From an uncultured Pseudomonadota bacterium (GTDB taxonomy: Bacteria; Pseudomonadota; Alphaproteobacteria; JACZXZ01), in assembly GCA_963749075.1 (NCBI GenBank), contig CAVVLJ010000017.1, forward strand, positions 1,142,062 to 1,206,061: a stretch of 64,000 bases of DNA. The letters are read 5' to 3'. The first letter of the stretch is position 1; every line of letters begins with the position of its first letter. Made by a program: the position numbers and the translations under genes. Below the pieces are notes generated by a model. That model had not been told where the DNA came from and searched no databases. It saw only the letters and a program-made list of their open reading frames with translations. Below, in pieces: positions 22,501 through 31,199 of this stretch.

Positions 22501-23900
22501 GCAACCTGCTCTCGAACGCGTTGAAATACACCAAGCGCGGCAAGGTGCTGCTCGGCTGCCGCCGGCACCAAGGGATGCTGAGCATCGAGATCTGGGACAC
22601 CGGAATCGGCATCCCCGACGAGGAGCTTCAAGCGATCTTCGAGGAGTACCATCAGCTCGACAATGCCGCGCGCGAACGGAGCCGCGGCCTTGGCCTCGGT
22701 CTCTCCATCGTGCAGCGCCTGGGCAAGTTGCTGGGCCATCGCATACGCGTCCGCTCGCGGCCGGGCAAGGGCTCGGTCTTCGCCATCGAGGTCGCGCTGC
22801 CGCGGAGCGAGGCGGGAGCTGAGCGCGAGCGCCAGCGGCACGGCCCGGACGAGCGGATCGTCGCGGGCGGACGCCGCACCGGCGCGATCCTGGTCGTCGA
22901 GGACGATCCCGAAGTGCGCGAGCTCCTCGAGCTCTTTCTCAAGGACGAGGGCCATCGCACGGCAGCGGCGCTGGACGGCGTCGCAGCGCTGGAATTGGTG
23001 GCGCGAGGGACGGTCCGACCCGACCTCATGCTCGCCGACTACAATCTGCCGAAGGACATGAACGGGCTCCAGCTCACCGCAAAGCTGCGGGAGACGCTTC
23101 ATCGCCAGATCCCGGCCATCATTCTGACCGGCGACATATCGACCGGCACCTTGCGCGACATCGCGCTTCAGGATTGCGTGCAGCTCAACAAGCCGGTGAA
23201 GCTGAAGGAGCTGACGCAAGTCATCCAGCGGCTCCTTGCCGTACCGCACGCCGTGCCGGCCGCGCGGACTCCGCGCGCCGCCGATGCCCCAACCGGCGCC
23301 GCGTCGCCCATCATCTTTGTCGTCGATGACGACAGCCAGGTACGCGAGGCGATTCGCTCGGTGCTCGAGGAGGATGGCCGGACCGTCGAGGATTATGAGA
23401 GCGGCGAGGCATTCCTCGAAGCCTATCGTCCGGGCCGCGAAGGATGCCTCTTGATCGATGCCTATCTGCCCGGGATGAACGGGCTCGAATTGCTGCAGCG
23501 GCTGCGTGCTGCGGGCCATCGGCTGCCCGCCATCATGATCACCGGCAATAGCGACGTGCCGATGGCGGTCGAAGCCATGAAGGCGGGTGCTTCGGACTTC
23601 ATCGAGAAGCCGGTCGGCCGCGGCGAACTGCTCGCCGGCGTCGAGCGCGCGCTCGAACAGTCGCGGGATGCGGCTAAGCTATCCGCCTGGCGAGAGGAGG
23701 CGGCTAGTCACATCGCGGGTCTCACGCCGCGGCAGCGCCAGATCATGGAGCTGGTCCTCGCCGGCCACCCCAGCAAGAATATCGCCGCGGACCTCGGCAT
23801 CAGCCAACGCACCGTCGAGAACCATCGCGCCGCGATCATGAAGAGAACGGGCGCCAAGTCTCTTCCGGCGCTGGCCCGATTGGCGCTCGCCGCGGCGTGA
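19510..23900 (+). pseudogene. CheB-CheR-PAS-HisKA-HATPase-REC-REC-LuxR fusion, broken by about 6-7 single-base frameshifts (real or sequencing error)
   Basis: CheB GASAGG/QHL/SGTGADG; CheR GCSTGEE/SCRNLLIY; NEELQS coiled coil; SHDLRQPL; GLGLGL; two REC domains; LTPRQ...GISQRTVENHR HTH; spread over successive frames. Confidence 0.88.
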
Positions 23901-23964
23901 AACGGCGCTGCGGAGGCGCTCGTTCAAGGTTGCCCTCCCGTCGCGGCGCGCGGTCAACAGCCGG

Positions 23965-23979
23965 TAGGTAGTTTCCGAG
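23965..23979 (+). promoter_or_regulatory. FixJ-box-like motif 4
   Basis: TAGGTAGTTTCCGAG upstream of the 24054 ORF. Confidence 0.6.
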
Positions 23980-24053
23980 GCTGGCGCGCTCGCATCAGCA
24001 CTCGGTACTCTGCGTCGCAGGCCCGGCCGCCGCAAGGCCGCAAGGCCGCAAGG

Positions 24054-24320
24054 ATGACGGCCAGATCATGGAGAGAACTCATGCAGCTCATTCAAAGCGA
24101 TCATACGGGAGACCGCCGTCTGAGATTTGTCTTTAGCGACAGAGTGCTGTCGTTTCTTCTTGCCTCCGATGCGACCTTCGGGGACGTGGCATGGAAGCTG
24201 GGCGAAGTTTTCAACCGGCATTGTGGCAATCCGGTCGGCATCGACGTCACCTTGGGCTCTGGCGAGGATCATTCGGCTCACGGTATTTCGAGCCGATCGG
24301 GGCTGGAATCTGCGCTTTGA
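24054..24320 (+). CDS. Hypothetical protein
   Basis: Short ORF downstream of motif 4; no recognisable family. Confidence 0.4.
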   Translation: MTARSWRELMQLIQSDHTGDRRLRFVFSDRVLSFLLASDATFGDVAWKLGEVFNRHCGNPVGIDVTLGSGEDHSAHGISSRSGLESAL

Positions 24321-24430
24321 TCCCACCGCCCTGCAAGCCGTACGGTGAACCAGACGCCGTGCTTCTGGCGCGCTATCTCGTTCGCCTTCCGCCGCAATGC
24401 CGGCGGAAGCTGCGCCGTCGCCCGCTGTTC

Positions 24431-24517
24431 CTTATCTTCCTCGTCGACGACGGCGACCACATTTGCGAGACGCAGCGCAGCGTGCTCGAGGCCCACGGCC
24501 GGGCCGTCGAGAATTGT
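24431..24517 (+). pseudogene. Remnant of a FixJ-type receiver domain
   Basis: LIFLVDDGDHICETQRSVLEAHGRAVEN resembles IIFVVDDDSQVREAIRSVLEEDGRTVED at ~23310. Confidence 0.5.
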
Positions 24518-24759
24518 GCGATCGCCGATGCATCGGAAACGGGGCCGACGATTAGCTTGTTCAACGGGGATCTTCAGTCACGGCCGCGCGGCGAACACGC
24601 GTAGTTCTCGATCGCCGCCGTGAGTAGATCCCGGCGGCTGACGATCGGCATTCCCGTACCCATTTGACGTATCACCGATCGAACGGCAAGCGAGCTGTCA
24701 ATCCGCTCGGCAATGGTGCACGAGTAGATAAATCGTTTAACGCCGAAAGGGGTAGAGGC

Positions 24760-24957
24760 ATGCGCCCGATGTTTAAGCTTGCGGCCGCGTTTACTCTTAC
24801 GGTCGGTGCGGCTCTAACCATCACGCCCCGCTCGGCTCCTGGCGATCCCGCCCCGTTGCCTTCGCGGGTCCTGCACAATCCCGATTCGACCTATCGTCCG
24901 GAGATGGTCTTCTTCGCCAGCGCCAAGATGCAGAACGTCGTTAATGGCATATTTTGA
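24760..24957 (+). CDS. Small secreted hypothetical protein
   Basis: GAGG RBS; signal-peptide-like MRPMFKLAAAFTLTVGAAL; degenerate motif TGAGTAGATCCCG at 24621. Confidence 0.35.
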   Translation: MRPMFKLAAAFTLTVGAALTITPRSAPGDPAPLPSRVLHNPDSTYRPEMVFFASAKMQNVVNGIF

Positions 24958-25107
24958 CACATGCACGACCGGTCATCGGGGACTGGGCTCTCCTCGACCT
25001 CAAGTCATATCGGCAAGGCACTCCGCCCCATCAGCTTTTCTCAGTGATGCTCCGGACTGTCCCTTCGAGAGGGGCGCGCCGACAAGCCCGGCGCGTCGGC
25101 GGACTTT

Positions 25108-25122
25108 CTGAGTAGCTTCCGA
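25108..25122 (+). promoter_or_regulatory. FixJ-box-like motif 5 (one mismatch)
   Basis: CTGAGTAGCTTCCGA. Confidence 0.5.
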
Positions 25123-25567
25123 ATCTGTGTCGTCGGCCTGACTTGGACGATAATCGGCGAGCTCGGAGTCTGATTGTCATCCCATCTCCGATCATCGCCG
25201 CGACTCGCATCGGCTGGGTCGGACGCCGCGCAGCCTCGCGCCGCCCCACCCGGTTTAGAGAGAGGACATTCGATGGCATACGGTACGCTTTGAAGGAAAG
25301 ACCCCGTCAGCCACGGAAGGAGCCGACGGGGGCCAAGGAGGTTGGGCTACCCAACAGCCGGAGGGGAGGGGAGGGGGCTGGTTGGGGCTCGAGAGGAGGC
25401 GCGAATTGCACGCGCCAGCATCCTTCTGCCGCGCGCGCGAAGTGCCGCATGTTCAAGAAAGCATACCGGCGGAAATTCATTCTCGCTGCACGATCATCCG
25501 GCCCCGACCGCCCAGAAACAGAAGCGCCGGCGTTCGCACGCCGGCGCTCCGCCGCTATGCGCTGCCG

Positions 25568-26242
25568 TCAGATCCCGCCAAGCGCCTGCCTCAAGTCGGC
25601 AGCACCCGGGTTGCTGACGGTGCGGCGCACGACGATGTCGCGCACCGAGACGTTACGGCCGTAATAGGCCACGTCCCAATCATGGTGCGGACCCATGGCA
25701 CCGCCCTTGACGTCGACGCCGCCGAACAGGCCCTTCGATTCGGCGACGACATAGATGTCGGCGCCGACATTGGTCGTCGTCGACGCTCCGGCGCCGGCGC
25801 CCAAGGTGGCGACCGTCAGCCCGGCCTCGGCGCCGAGATCCACCTTGTTCTCGATCACCGCGTTGAGCGCCTTGCGGCTCATGATGATGACCATGACCTT
25901 GGAGACCTCGACGCCGATCTGGAAGCCGAACGAGGCGGCGCCCAGGTCGTAGAAGGCCGGGTCGCTCCAATTGCCCTTGCCGTCGCGGGCGAGGAGGACG
26001 CCGGTGCCGCCCTCGGCGCCGAAGATGAAGCCGCCCTTGACCAGCTCGGGCACGATCAGCACCGCACGCGAGTGGCGGATCAGCTCGCGCGTCTTGGCGG
26101 CGAGATCGTTGTTGCTGTCGTGGACCTCGCGGACGACGTTGAGGGCCTCGTCGACGGCGTGCTGCTGATCGGGTGCCGCCTGGGCGAACGGGGCCGCGGC
26201 CAGGCTGAAGGCGATGGCAGCGGATATGGCGAGAAGTCTCAT
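25568..26242 (-). CDS. Ysc84/SYLF lipid-binding domain protein
   Basis: Signal peptide; KGGFIFGAEGGTGVL; WSDPAFY; GASFGFQIG; SKGLFGG. Confidence 0.85.
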   Translation of the reverse strand: MRLLAISAAIAFSLAAAPFAQAAPDQQHAVDEALNVVREVHDSNNDLAAKTRELIRHSRAVLIVPELVKGGFIFGAEGGTGVLLARDGKGNWSDPAFYDLGAASFGFQIGVEVSKVMVIIMSRKALNAVIENKVDLGAEAGLTVATLGAGAGASTTTNVGADIYVVAESKGLFGGVDVKGGAMGPHHDWDVAYYGRNVSVRDIVVRRTVSNPGAADLRQALGGI

Positions 26243-26397
26243 TGCGATGCTCCTGTTTCCTCGGGTTGCTCGTGTCGGTCGAAATTCGGTCCCTGCCTGC
26301 GGCTCGAGACCGACGCGTCCTGCTGCACGGGGGGCAAAGACGACTGGCTTGCTCGGGCAGCCCTCAAGCCGCATCCGCGATGCCGCCACCGCTTCGG

Positions 26398-26964
26398 CTA
26401 ACCGGCGTCCTGCCAGTAGAGTGCCCGCGATATCGCACCCGTCGGGGAAACCTCGACCGACCTCGTGAGCGTCCTGCCTTGGCTCTCCGCGACGATCTCG
26501 TACTTGCCGGGCCTTACGTTGGCGAAGAAGTAGGGGCCTTCCGCCACCGTGTCGACGAGCGTATTGCCGCCGTGGTCCACTAGCCGCACATGCACGCCGG
26601 CGAGGTACGCGCCGGAGCCCTCGACCGCAAACAGGAGCCGCAGGTTGTAGCCGCTCTCGACCGCGCGCATGGCGGCTTTGCCTTCGTTGCCTACGCCGCC
26701 GCTCGCGAAGATGACGCCTCCTTGATTGTGGGGCTGCACGGCTTGCCGCGTCTCATTCGCGATGGCGCCGACCGTGCTCTCGGTCTCCGATCTCACGACG
26801 GAGTTTTGCGCCTGCGCCCAGCCCAACAAAGCGCCTGAAAGCGCGACTTCGGCCTGCGACCCCAGAAGAAAGCCTTGTGCCTGCGCCGCATCGGGCGTCG
26901 CCACTCCCGTCCAACCCAACAGGGCGGCTGAAAGTGCGGCCTGTAGCCATATCTTCGCGGTCAT
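26398..26964 (-). CDS. Secreted carboxypeptidase-regulatory-like domain protein
   Basis: Signal peptide; SGGVG; YNLRLLFA; GPYFFANVRPGKY. Confidence 0.7.
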   Translation of the reverse strand: MTAKIWLQAALSAALLGWTGVATPDAAQAQGFLLGSQAEVALSGALLGWAQAQNSVVRSETESTVGAIANETRQAVQPHNQGGVIFASGGVGNEGKAAMRAVESGYNLRLLFAVEGSGAYLAGVHVRLVDHGGNTLVDTVAEGPYFFANVRPGKYEIVAESQGRTLTRSVEVSPTGAISRALYWQDAG

Positions 26965-27119
26965 GGCGCGCCTCCTAAATTGCCTGCGATGCTCATAGGG
27001 CCGGCATCCGCTGCCTGGCCGAGTTGAGCCTCTTAGTTGGGCATCCTTCTATTGCGCGAACGACTGCCCCGAATGTCCACGAGTACTGGAGATAAGAACG
27101 CGATCTGCCCGCCAGTAGG

Positions 27120-27134
27120 CTCGGAAACTACTTA
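27120..27134 (-). promoter_or_regulatory. FixJ-box-like motif 6
   Basis: TAAGTAGTTTCCGAG on the minus strand, facing the 26964 gene. Confidence 0.65.
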
Positions 27135-27277
27135 TGCGGAATTCGCCGGATACCCGCAGAGAACCAACGCCGGCGCTGGTCAGAAAGTTCGGCCAAGGAG
27201 CGGCGTTATTTACAGCTCTCGCCGTTCATCGCGAGACCGCGCGAGGCTGGCTCAGGGAATGTTACGGCGGCCGGACG

Positions 27278-27292
27278 TAAGTAGTTTCCGAG
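27278..27292 (+). promoter_or_regulatory. FixJ-box-like motif 7
   Basis: TAAGTAGTTTCCGAG on the plus strand, facing the MlaC-like gene; perfect inverted copy of motif 6. Confidence 0.65.
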
Positions 27293-27383
27293 TCTATCGT
27301 TGTAAGCGCGCAGCGGCCTATCGTCGGGGTCGACTGCCTTAATAGCGGATGATGTGACCGTCAGGATAAATCGGGAGGCACTC

Positions 27384-28056
27384 ATGGCGCGCTGGCACAT
27401 GCTGAAGGCGTTGCGCTCAAACTCCCTTGCGACTCTCAGCCGCGATGTGCCCGTGGCTGTTGTGGCATGCGCCGCACTGTGCGCACTCTTGCTCTCGACT
27501 CCGGCGCGGTCGGCGGACCTCCCCGCCGAGGCCGCCGCTTTCGTCAACGGGCTCGCCGGCCAGGCGCTCACCATTCTCGAGAATAAATCGATCAGCGATG
27601 ACCAGCGCAAGTCGAGCCTCGCCGAGTGGCTTTTCGCCAATTTCGATGTGCGCGCGATGGGACTCTTTGCCCTTGGCGATTACGCCGGCGGGGCGGCGGA
27701 CCCTCAAAGGGACGCATATCTCCTGATCTTCAAGGACTACATGATCCGCAATTATTTCTCCCGCATGCAGGCTCTCGGCAACGTGTTTTCCGTGGGCGGC
27801 GCCTCCCTCGACGGCGCCGATATCGTGCTCGTGGTCAGCGACATCGGCTCGCGGGGCGAGCAGCCGTCCCGGGTCGAGTGGCGCGTCCGCAAGCAGGACG
27901 GCGCGCTCAAGGTTTTCGAACGTCATTGTCCAGGGCTCCAGCCTGGAGTGGAACCAGCGCGCCGACTTCGCCTCAGTCCTGCAGCGCAATCATGGCGACA
28001 TCGCGCAGCTCATGGACCTCATGCGGGTGCAGAAGGTCGGCCGCGAGACGCCATGA
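27384..28056 (+). pseudogene. MlaC/Ttg2D-family protein with one frameshift near 27918
   Basis: FDVRAMGLFALG and VEWRVR..G..KVF, continuing as NVIVQGSSL..NQRADF in the next frame. Confidence 0.75.
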
Positions 28057-28063
28057 GGCCTCA

Positions 28064-28281
28064 GCGCGCGGCGCTTGAGCCGCGCCGTCATGCGCAACAT
28101 CCGCCAGAACCTCTTCTTCGCCTTCGTCTTCAACGCGCTCGCGGTGCCGCTCGCGGCGGGCGTGCTCTATCCCTGGACCGGGCTTCTCCTCAACCCCATG
28201 ATCGCGAGTGCCGCCATGAGCGCGAGCTCGGTGCTGGTGATCGGCAACGCGCTTCGCTTGAGGCGCGCGGCGCTGTGAGGG
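28064..28281 (+). repeat. Direct repeat, right copy (displaced copA 3' end)
   Basis: Matches 16084-16301; differs only in the codons for LRLK vs LRLR. Confidence 0.95.
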
Positions 28282-28288
28282 ACAGCGC

Positions 28289-28924
28289 CTACTTCCCCGG
28301 CTGGGGCGTTAGCCGCAGATAGGGCTTGAGCGCCTTCCAGCCGAGCGGGAACTTCTTCTTGGCGTCGTCGTCGCTCACCGAGGGCACGATGATCACGTCC
28401 TCGCCCTGCTTCCAATTGACCGGGGTGGCGACCTGGTACTTGTCGGTGAGCTGCAGGGAGTCGACGACGCGCAGGATCTCGTCGAAGTTGCGCCCCGTGG
28501 TCTGCGGATAGGTGATCATCAGGCGGATCTTGCGCTTGGGATCGATGACGAAGACGGTGCGCACGGTGTACACCTCGTCGTGCGAGGGGTGCATCATGCC
28601 GTAGAGGTTGGCCACTTTCCGCTCCGGGTCGGCGATGATCGGGAAGGCCACCTTGGCGTGCTGCGTCTCCTCGATGTCCTTGACCCAGCCCGCGTGCAAG
28701 CTCACGGGATCGACCGAGAGGCCGATCACCTTGACGCCGCGCTTCGTGAACTCGGGCACCAGCTTGCCGACGTAGCCGAGCTCGGTCGTGCACACCGGCG
28801 TGAAGTCCTTGGGATGCGAGAACAGGATGGCCCAGCCCTCGCCGATCCAGTCGTGGAAGCGGATGCGCCCTTGCGTCGTGTCCGCTTCGAAATCCGGGGC
28901 CGTATCGCCGAGACGAAGCGTCAT
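28289..28924 (-). CDS. 1-Cys peroxiredoxin (Prx6 family)
   Basis: FSHPKDFTPVCTTE, YPQTTGRNFDEILR and ATPVNW motifs. Confidence 0.94.
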   Translation of the reverse strand: MTLRLGDTAPDFEADTTQGRIRFHDWIGEGWAILFSHPKDFTPVCTTELGYVGKLVPEFTKRGVKVIGLSVDPVSLHAGWVKDIEETQHAKVAFPIIADPERKVANLYGMMHPSHDEVYTVRTVFVIDPKRKIRLMITYPQTTGRNFDEILRVVDSLQLTDKYQVATPVNWKQGEDVIIVPSVSDDDAKKKFPLGWKALKPYLRLTPQPGK

Positions 28925-29012
28925 GGTCACACCTCCCTTTGCATCGCTTGATGGGGCTGCCGTGAAGGCGCTCCTCAAATAAGCCCCTCGAGGGCAGAGA
29001 GCAAGGTTTAGT

Positions 29013-29060
29013 GTGGAATTTCTGTTATATACATTTCTTAAATGTAATACTGTATTCCAC
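29013..29060. promoter_or_regulatory. AT-rich imperfect palindrome upstream of the peroxiredoxin
   Basis: GTGGAAT...TACATTT-ctt-AAATGTA...ATTCCAC. Confidence 0.4.
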
Positions 29061-29066
29061 CTATGC

Positions 29067-29660
29067 TCAGGAAGCCTCTCGCGGCAATGCCGTCAGCCCG
29101 TCCGGGTCGCGGGGCCCGTTCACGGCGGCGAGGCGCTGGAGGGCGGCCGGCCGCGGCTCTGCGACGATGCCCTGCTCGAAGGCCACCACGTGGAGCCGGC
29201 CGCGCACGAGCTCGAGGAGCTCGTCCGGCGCCAGGAGGAAGTCCGCATTGGCCGGGCGCCCGAAGCGGGCATTGCCGCGCGCGAAGGTCTCGTAGATGAG
29301 GACGCCCGCGGGCTCGAGCGCCGCGAGGAGATGGGGAAAGAGCGGCCGCCAGAGATAGTTGGCGACCACCACTGCGGCGAAGCGGCGGCCTGGAAGCGGC
29401 CACGGCCCGGCCTCGAGGTCTGCGGCGACGAGCTCGATGCCCCCTGCGGCGCCGAGCTCCGCGAGCGCTGCCGGATCGCGGTCGAGTGCCGTCACGGGAT
29501 GGCCGAGCCCATGGAAGAGCCGCGCGTGGCGCCCCCTGCCGCAGGCCACGTCGAGCACGGCACCCTCGGGCCGCACCAGCGGTGCAAAGCGGCGCACCCA
29601 GCCGGACGGCGGCCCGGCACCATGCGGCCTCATCGAGGCATCTTGCTCGCGCTCGGCCAT
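29067..29660 (-). CDS. Class I SAM-dependent methyltransferase
   Basis: VLDVACGRGRH, NYLWRP and LIYETF motifs. Confidence 0.85.
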   Translation of the reverse strand: MAEREQDASMRPHGAGPPSGWVRRFAPLVRPEGAVLDVACGRGRHARLFHGLGHPVTALDRDPAALAELGAAGGIELVAADLEAGPWPLPGRRFAAVVVANYLWRPLFPHLLAALEPAGVLIYETFARGNARFGRPANADFLLAPDELLELVRGRLHVVAFEQGIVAEPRPAALQRLAAVNGPRDPDGLTALPREAS

Positions 29661-29730
29661 GTTTGAAACGCGGGGCCCCGCCCTATATAAATGCTCCCAT
29701 GAGCGTAACCAGGATCGGCATGCCCGCGCC

Positions 29731-30192
29731 ATGATCGTCTACAGCCTCGTCTGCGCCAAGAGCCACCGCTTCGACGCCTGGTTCCGCGACAGCGCCACTT
29801 ACGACTCCCAGGCCGCGCGCCGCGCCGTCGCCTGCCCCGAATGCGGCAGCACCAAGGTCGCCAAGGCGCCCATGGCGCCGCGCCTCTCGCGGGGTGCCGC
29901 GGGCGAGCCCGAGGAGAAGAAGGAGACGCCTCCGCAGCCGCCGGCCGGCGCCGAAGCCCCCGCCAGCGCCGAGGCCACGACGCGCAAAGCGCTCCTCGCC
30001 TTGCGCCAAGAGGTCGAGGCCAATTGCGAGTACGTCGGCGAGCGCTTTCCCGAGGAGGCGCGCAAGATCCATTACGGCGAGGTGGTGCGGCGCGACATCT
30101 ACGGCGAGGCCAAGGACGAGGAGGCCGCGGCACTTGCCGAGGAAGGCGTTGCCTTCCGCCGCATTCCCTGGCTGCGGCGGAGCGACAGCTAG
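29731..30192 (+). CDS. DUF1178 family protein
   Basis: HRFDAWF, CPECGS, KAPMAP and YVGERFPEEARKIHYGE motifs. Confidence 0.9.
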   Translation: MIVYSLVCAKSHRFDAWFRDSATYDSQAARRAVACPECGSTKVAKAPMAPRLSRGAAGEPEEKKETPPQPPAGAEAPASAEATTRKALLALRQEVEANCEYVGERFPEEARKIHYGEVVRRDIYGEAKDEEAAALAEEGVAFRRIPWLRRSDS

Positions 30193-30227
30193 GCGCCTCT
30201 TCCACGCAGCGCGGCGAAGTGGGTGCC

Positions 30228-31130
30228 ATGAGCCAAGCCCCGACCACGAGACGCGTGCTGACCGCGACCCTTGAGATCGCCTATGAGGAGAGCGGGCCCG
30301 CCGACGGGCGCCCGGTCATCCTGCTGCACGGCTTTCCCGACGACCCGCGAACCTGGGACGGGGTTGCGGCCCCGCTCGCCGCGGCCGGTTACCGCACGCT
30401 CGTGCCCTATCTGCGCGGCTACGGCCCGACGCGCTTTCTCGAGACGGCGACGCCGCGCTCGGGCCAGCAGGCCGCACTCGGCCACGACCTCCTTGCCTTC
30501 ATGGATGCGCTCGGCCTCGCGCGCGCGGTTCTCGTGGGCTACGACTGGGGCGGCCGCGCCGCCTGCATCGTGGCGGCGCTGTGGCCGCAGCGCGCAGCCG
30601 CCCTCGTCTCGATCGGCGGCTACAACATCCAGAACATCCCCAGGGCGAATGCGCCAGCCTCGGCGCGGCAGGAGCACCGCTTCTGGTACCAGTGGTACTT
30701 CCACACCGAGCGCGGCAAGGCCGGCCTCGAGGCGAACCGCCACGGCATCTGCCGCCTCCTCTGGGAGCTGTGGTCGCCCAACTGGCGCTTCGACGACGCG
30801 ACCTATGCGCGGACGGCTGCCTCCTTCGACAATGCCGATTTCGTCCCCGTCGTCATCCAGTCCTACCGCCACCGCTACGGTGCGGCACAAGGCGATCCGG
30901 CGCTCGAGCCGATCGAGGTCCGTCTTGCAGCACAACCGCGCATCGCCGTGCCGACGATCGTGCTGCACGGTGGCGCGGACGGCGTGGACCCGGCCGAGGA
31001 CTCCGAGGGTGACGCGCGCTTCTTCACGGGGCCATATGAGCGGCGCGTGGTGCCCGTTGCCGGGCACTTCCTGCCGCGCGAGGCGCCGGACGAGGTGGTG
31101 CGCGCCGTCCTCGAGCTCGCCGCGGCGTGA
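30228..31130 (+). CDS. Alpha/beta hydrolase (epoxide hydrolase-like)
   Basis: HGFPD, GYDWGG and GHFLPRE motifs. Confidence 0.9.
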   Translation: MSQAPTTRRVLTATLEIAYEESGPADGRPVILLHGFPDDPRTWDGVAAPLAAAGYRTLVPYLRGYGPTRFLETATPRSGQQAALGHDLLAFMDALGLARAVLVGYDWGGRAACIVAALWPQRAAALVSIGGYNIQNIPRANAPASARQEHRFWYQWYFHTERGKAGLEANRHGICRLLWELWSPNWRFDDATYARTAASFDNADFVPVVIQSYRHRYGAAQGDPALEPIEVRLAAQPRIAVPTIVLHGGADGVDPAEDSEGDARFFTGPYERRVVPVAGHFLPREAPDEVVRAVLELAAA

Positions 31131-31199
31131 GGTGTGCCGCGTCTCGCGACTGTCACGAAAAAGCGCTAGAACCGGACTCGATCGAGCCGAGGGAATCGC

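Larger units (their letters stand above)
16302..28063. mobile_element. ~12-kb genomic island inserted at the copA 3' end
   Basis: Bounded by a ~218-bp direct repeat; accessory cargo; no integrase seen. Confidence 0.7.

Noticed and set aside
24029-24053. GCCGCAAG x3 tandem before the 24054 ORF
   Set aside because: Too short to support phase variation; may be slippage.
28075-28278. 67-aa ORF as an independent gene
   Set aside because: It is the duplicated copA tail, with no RBS.
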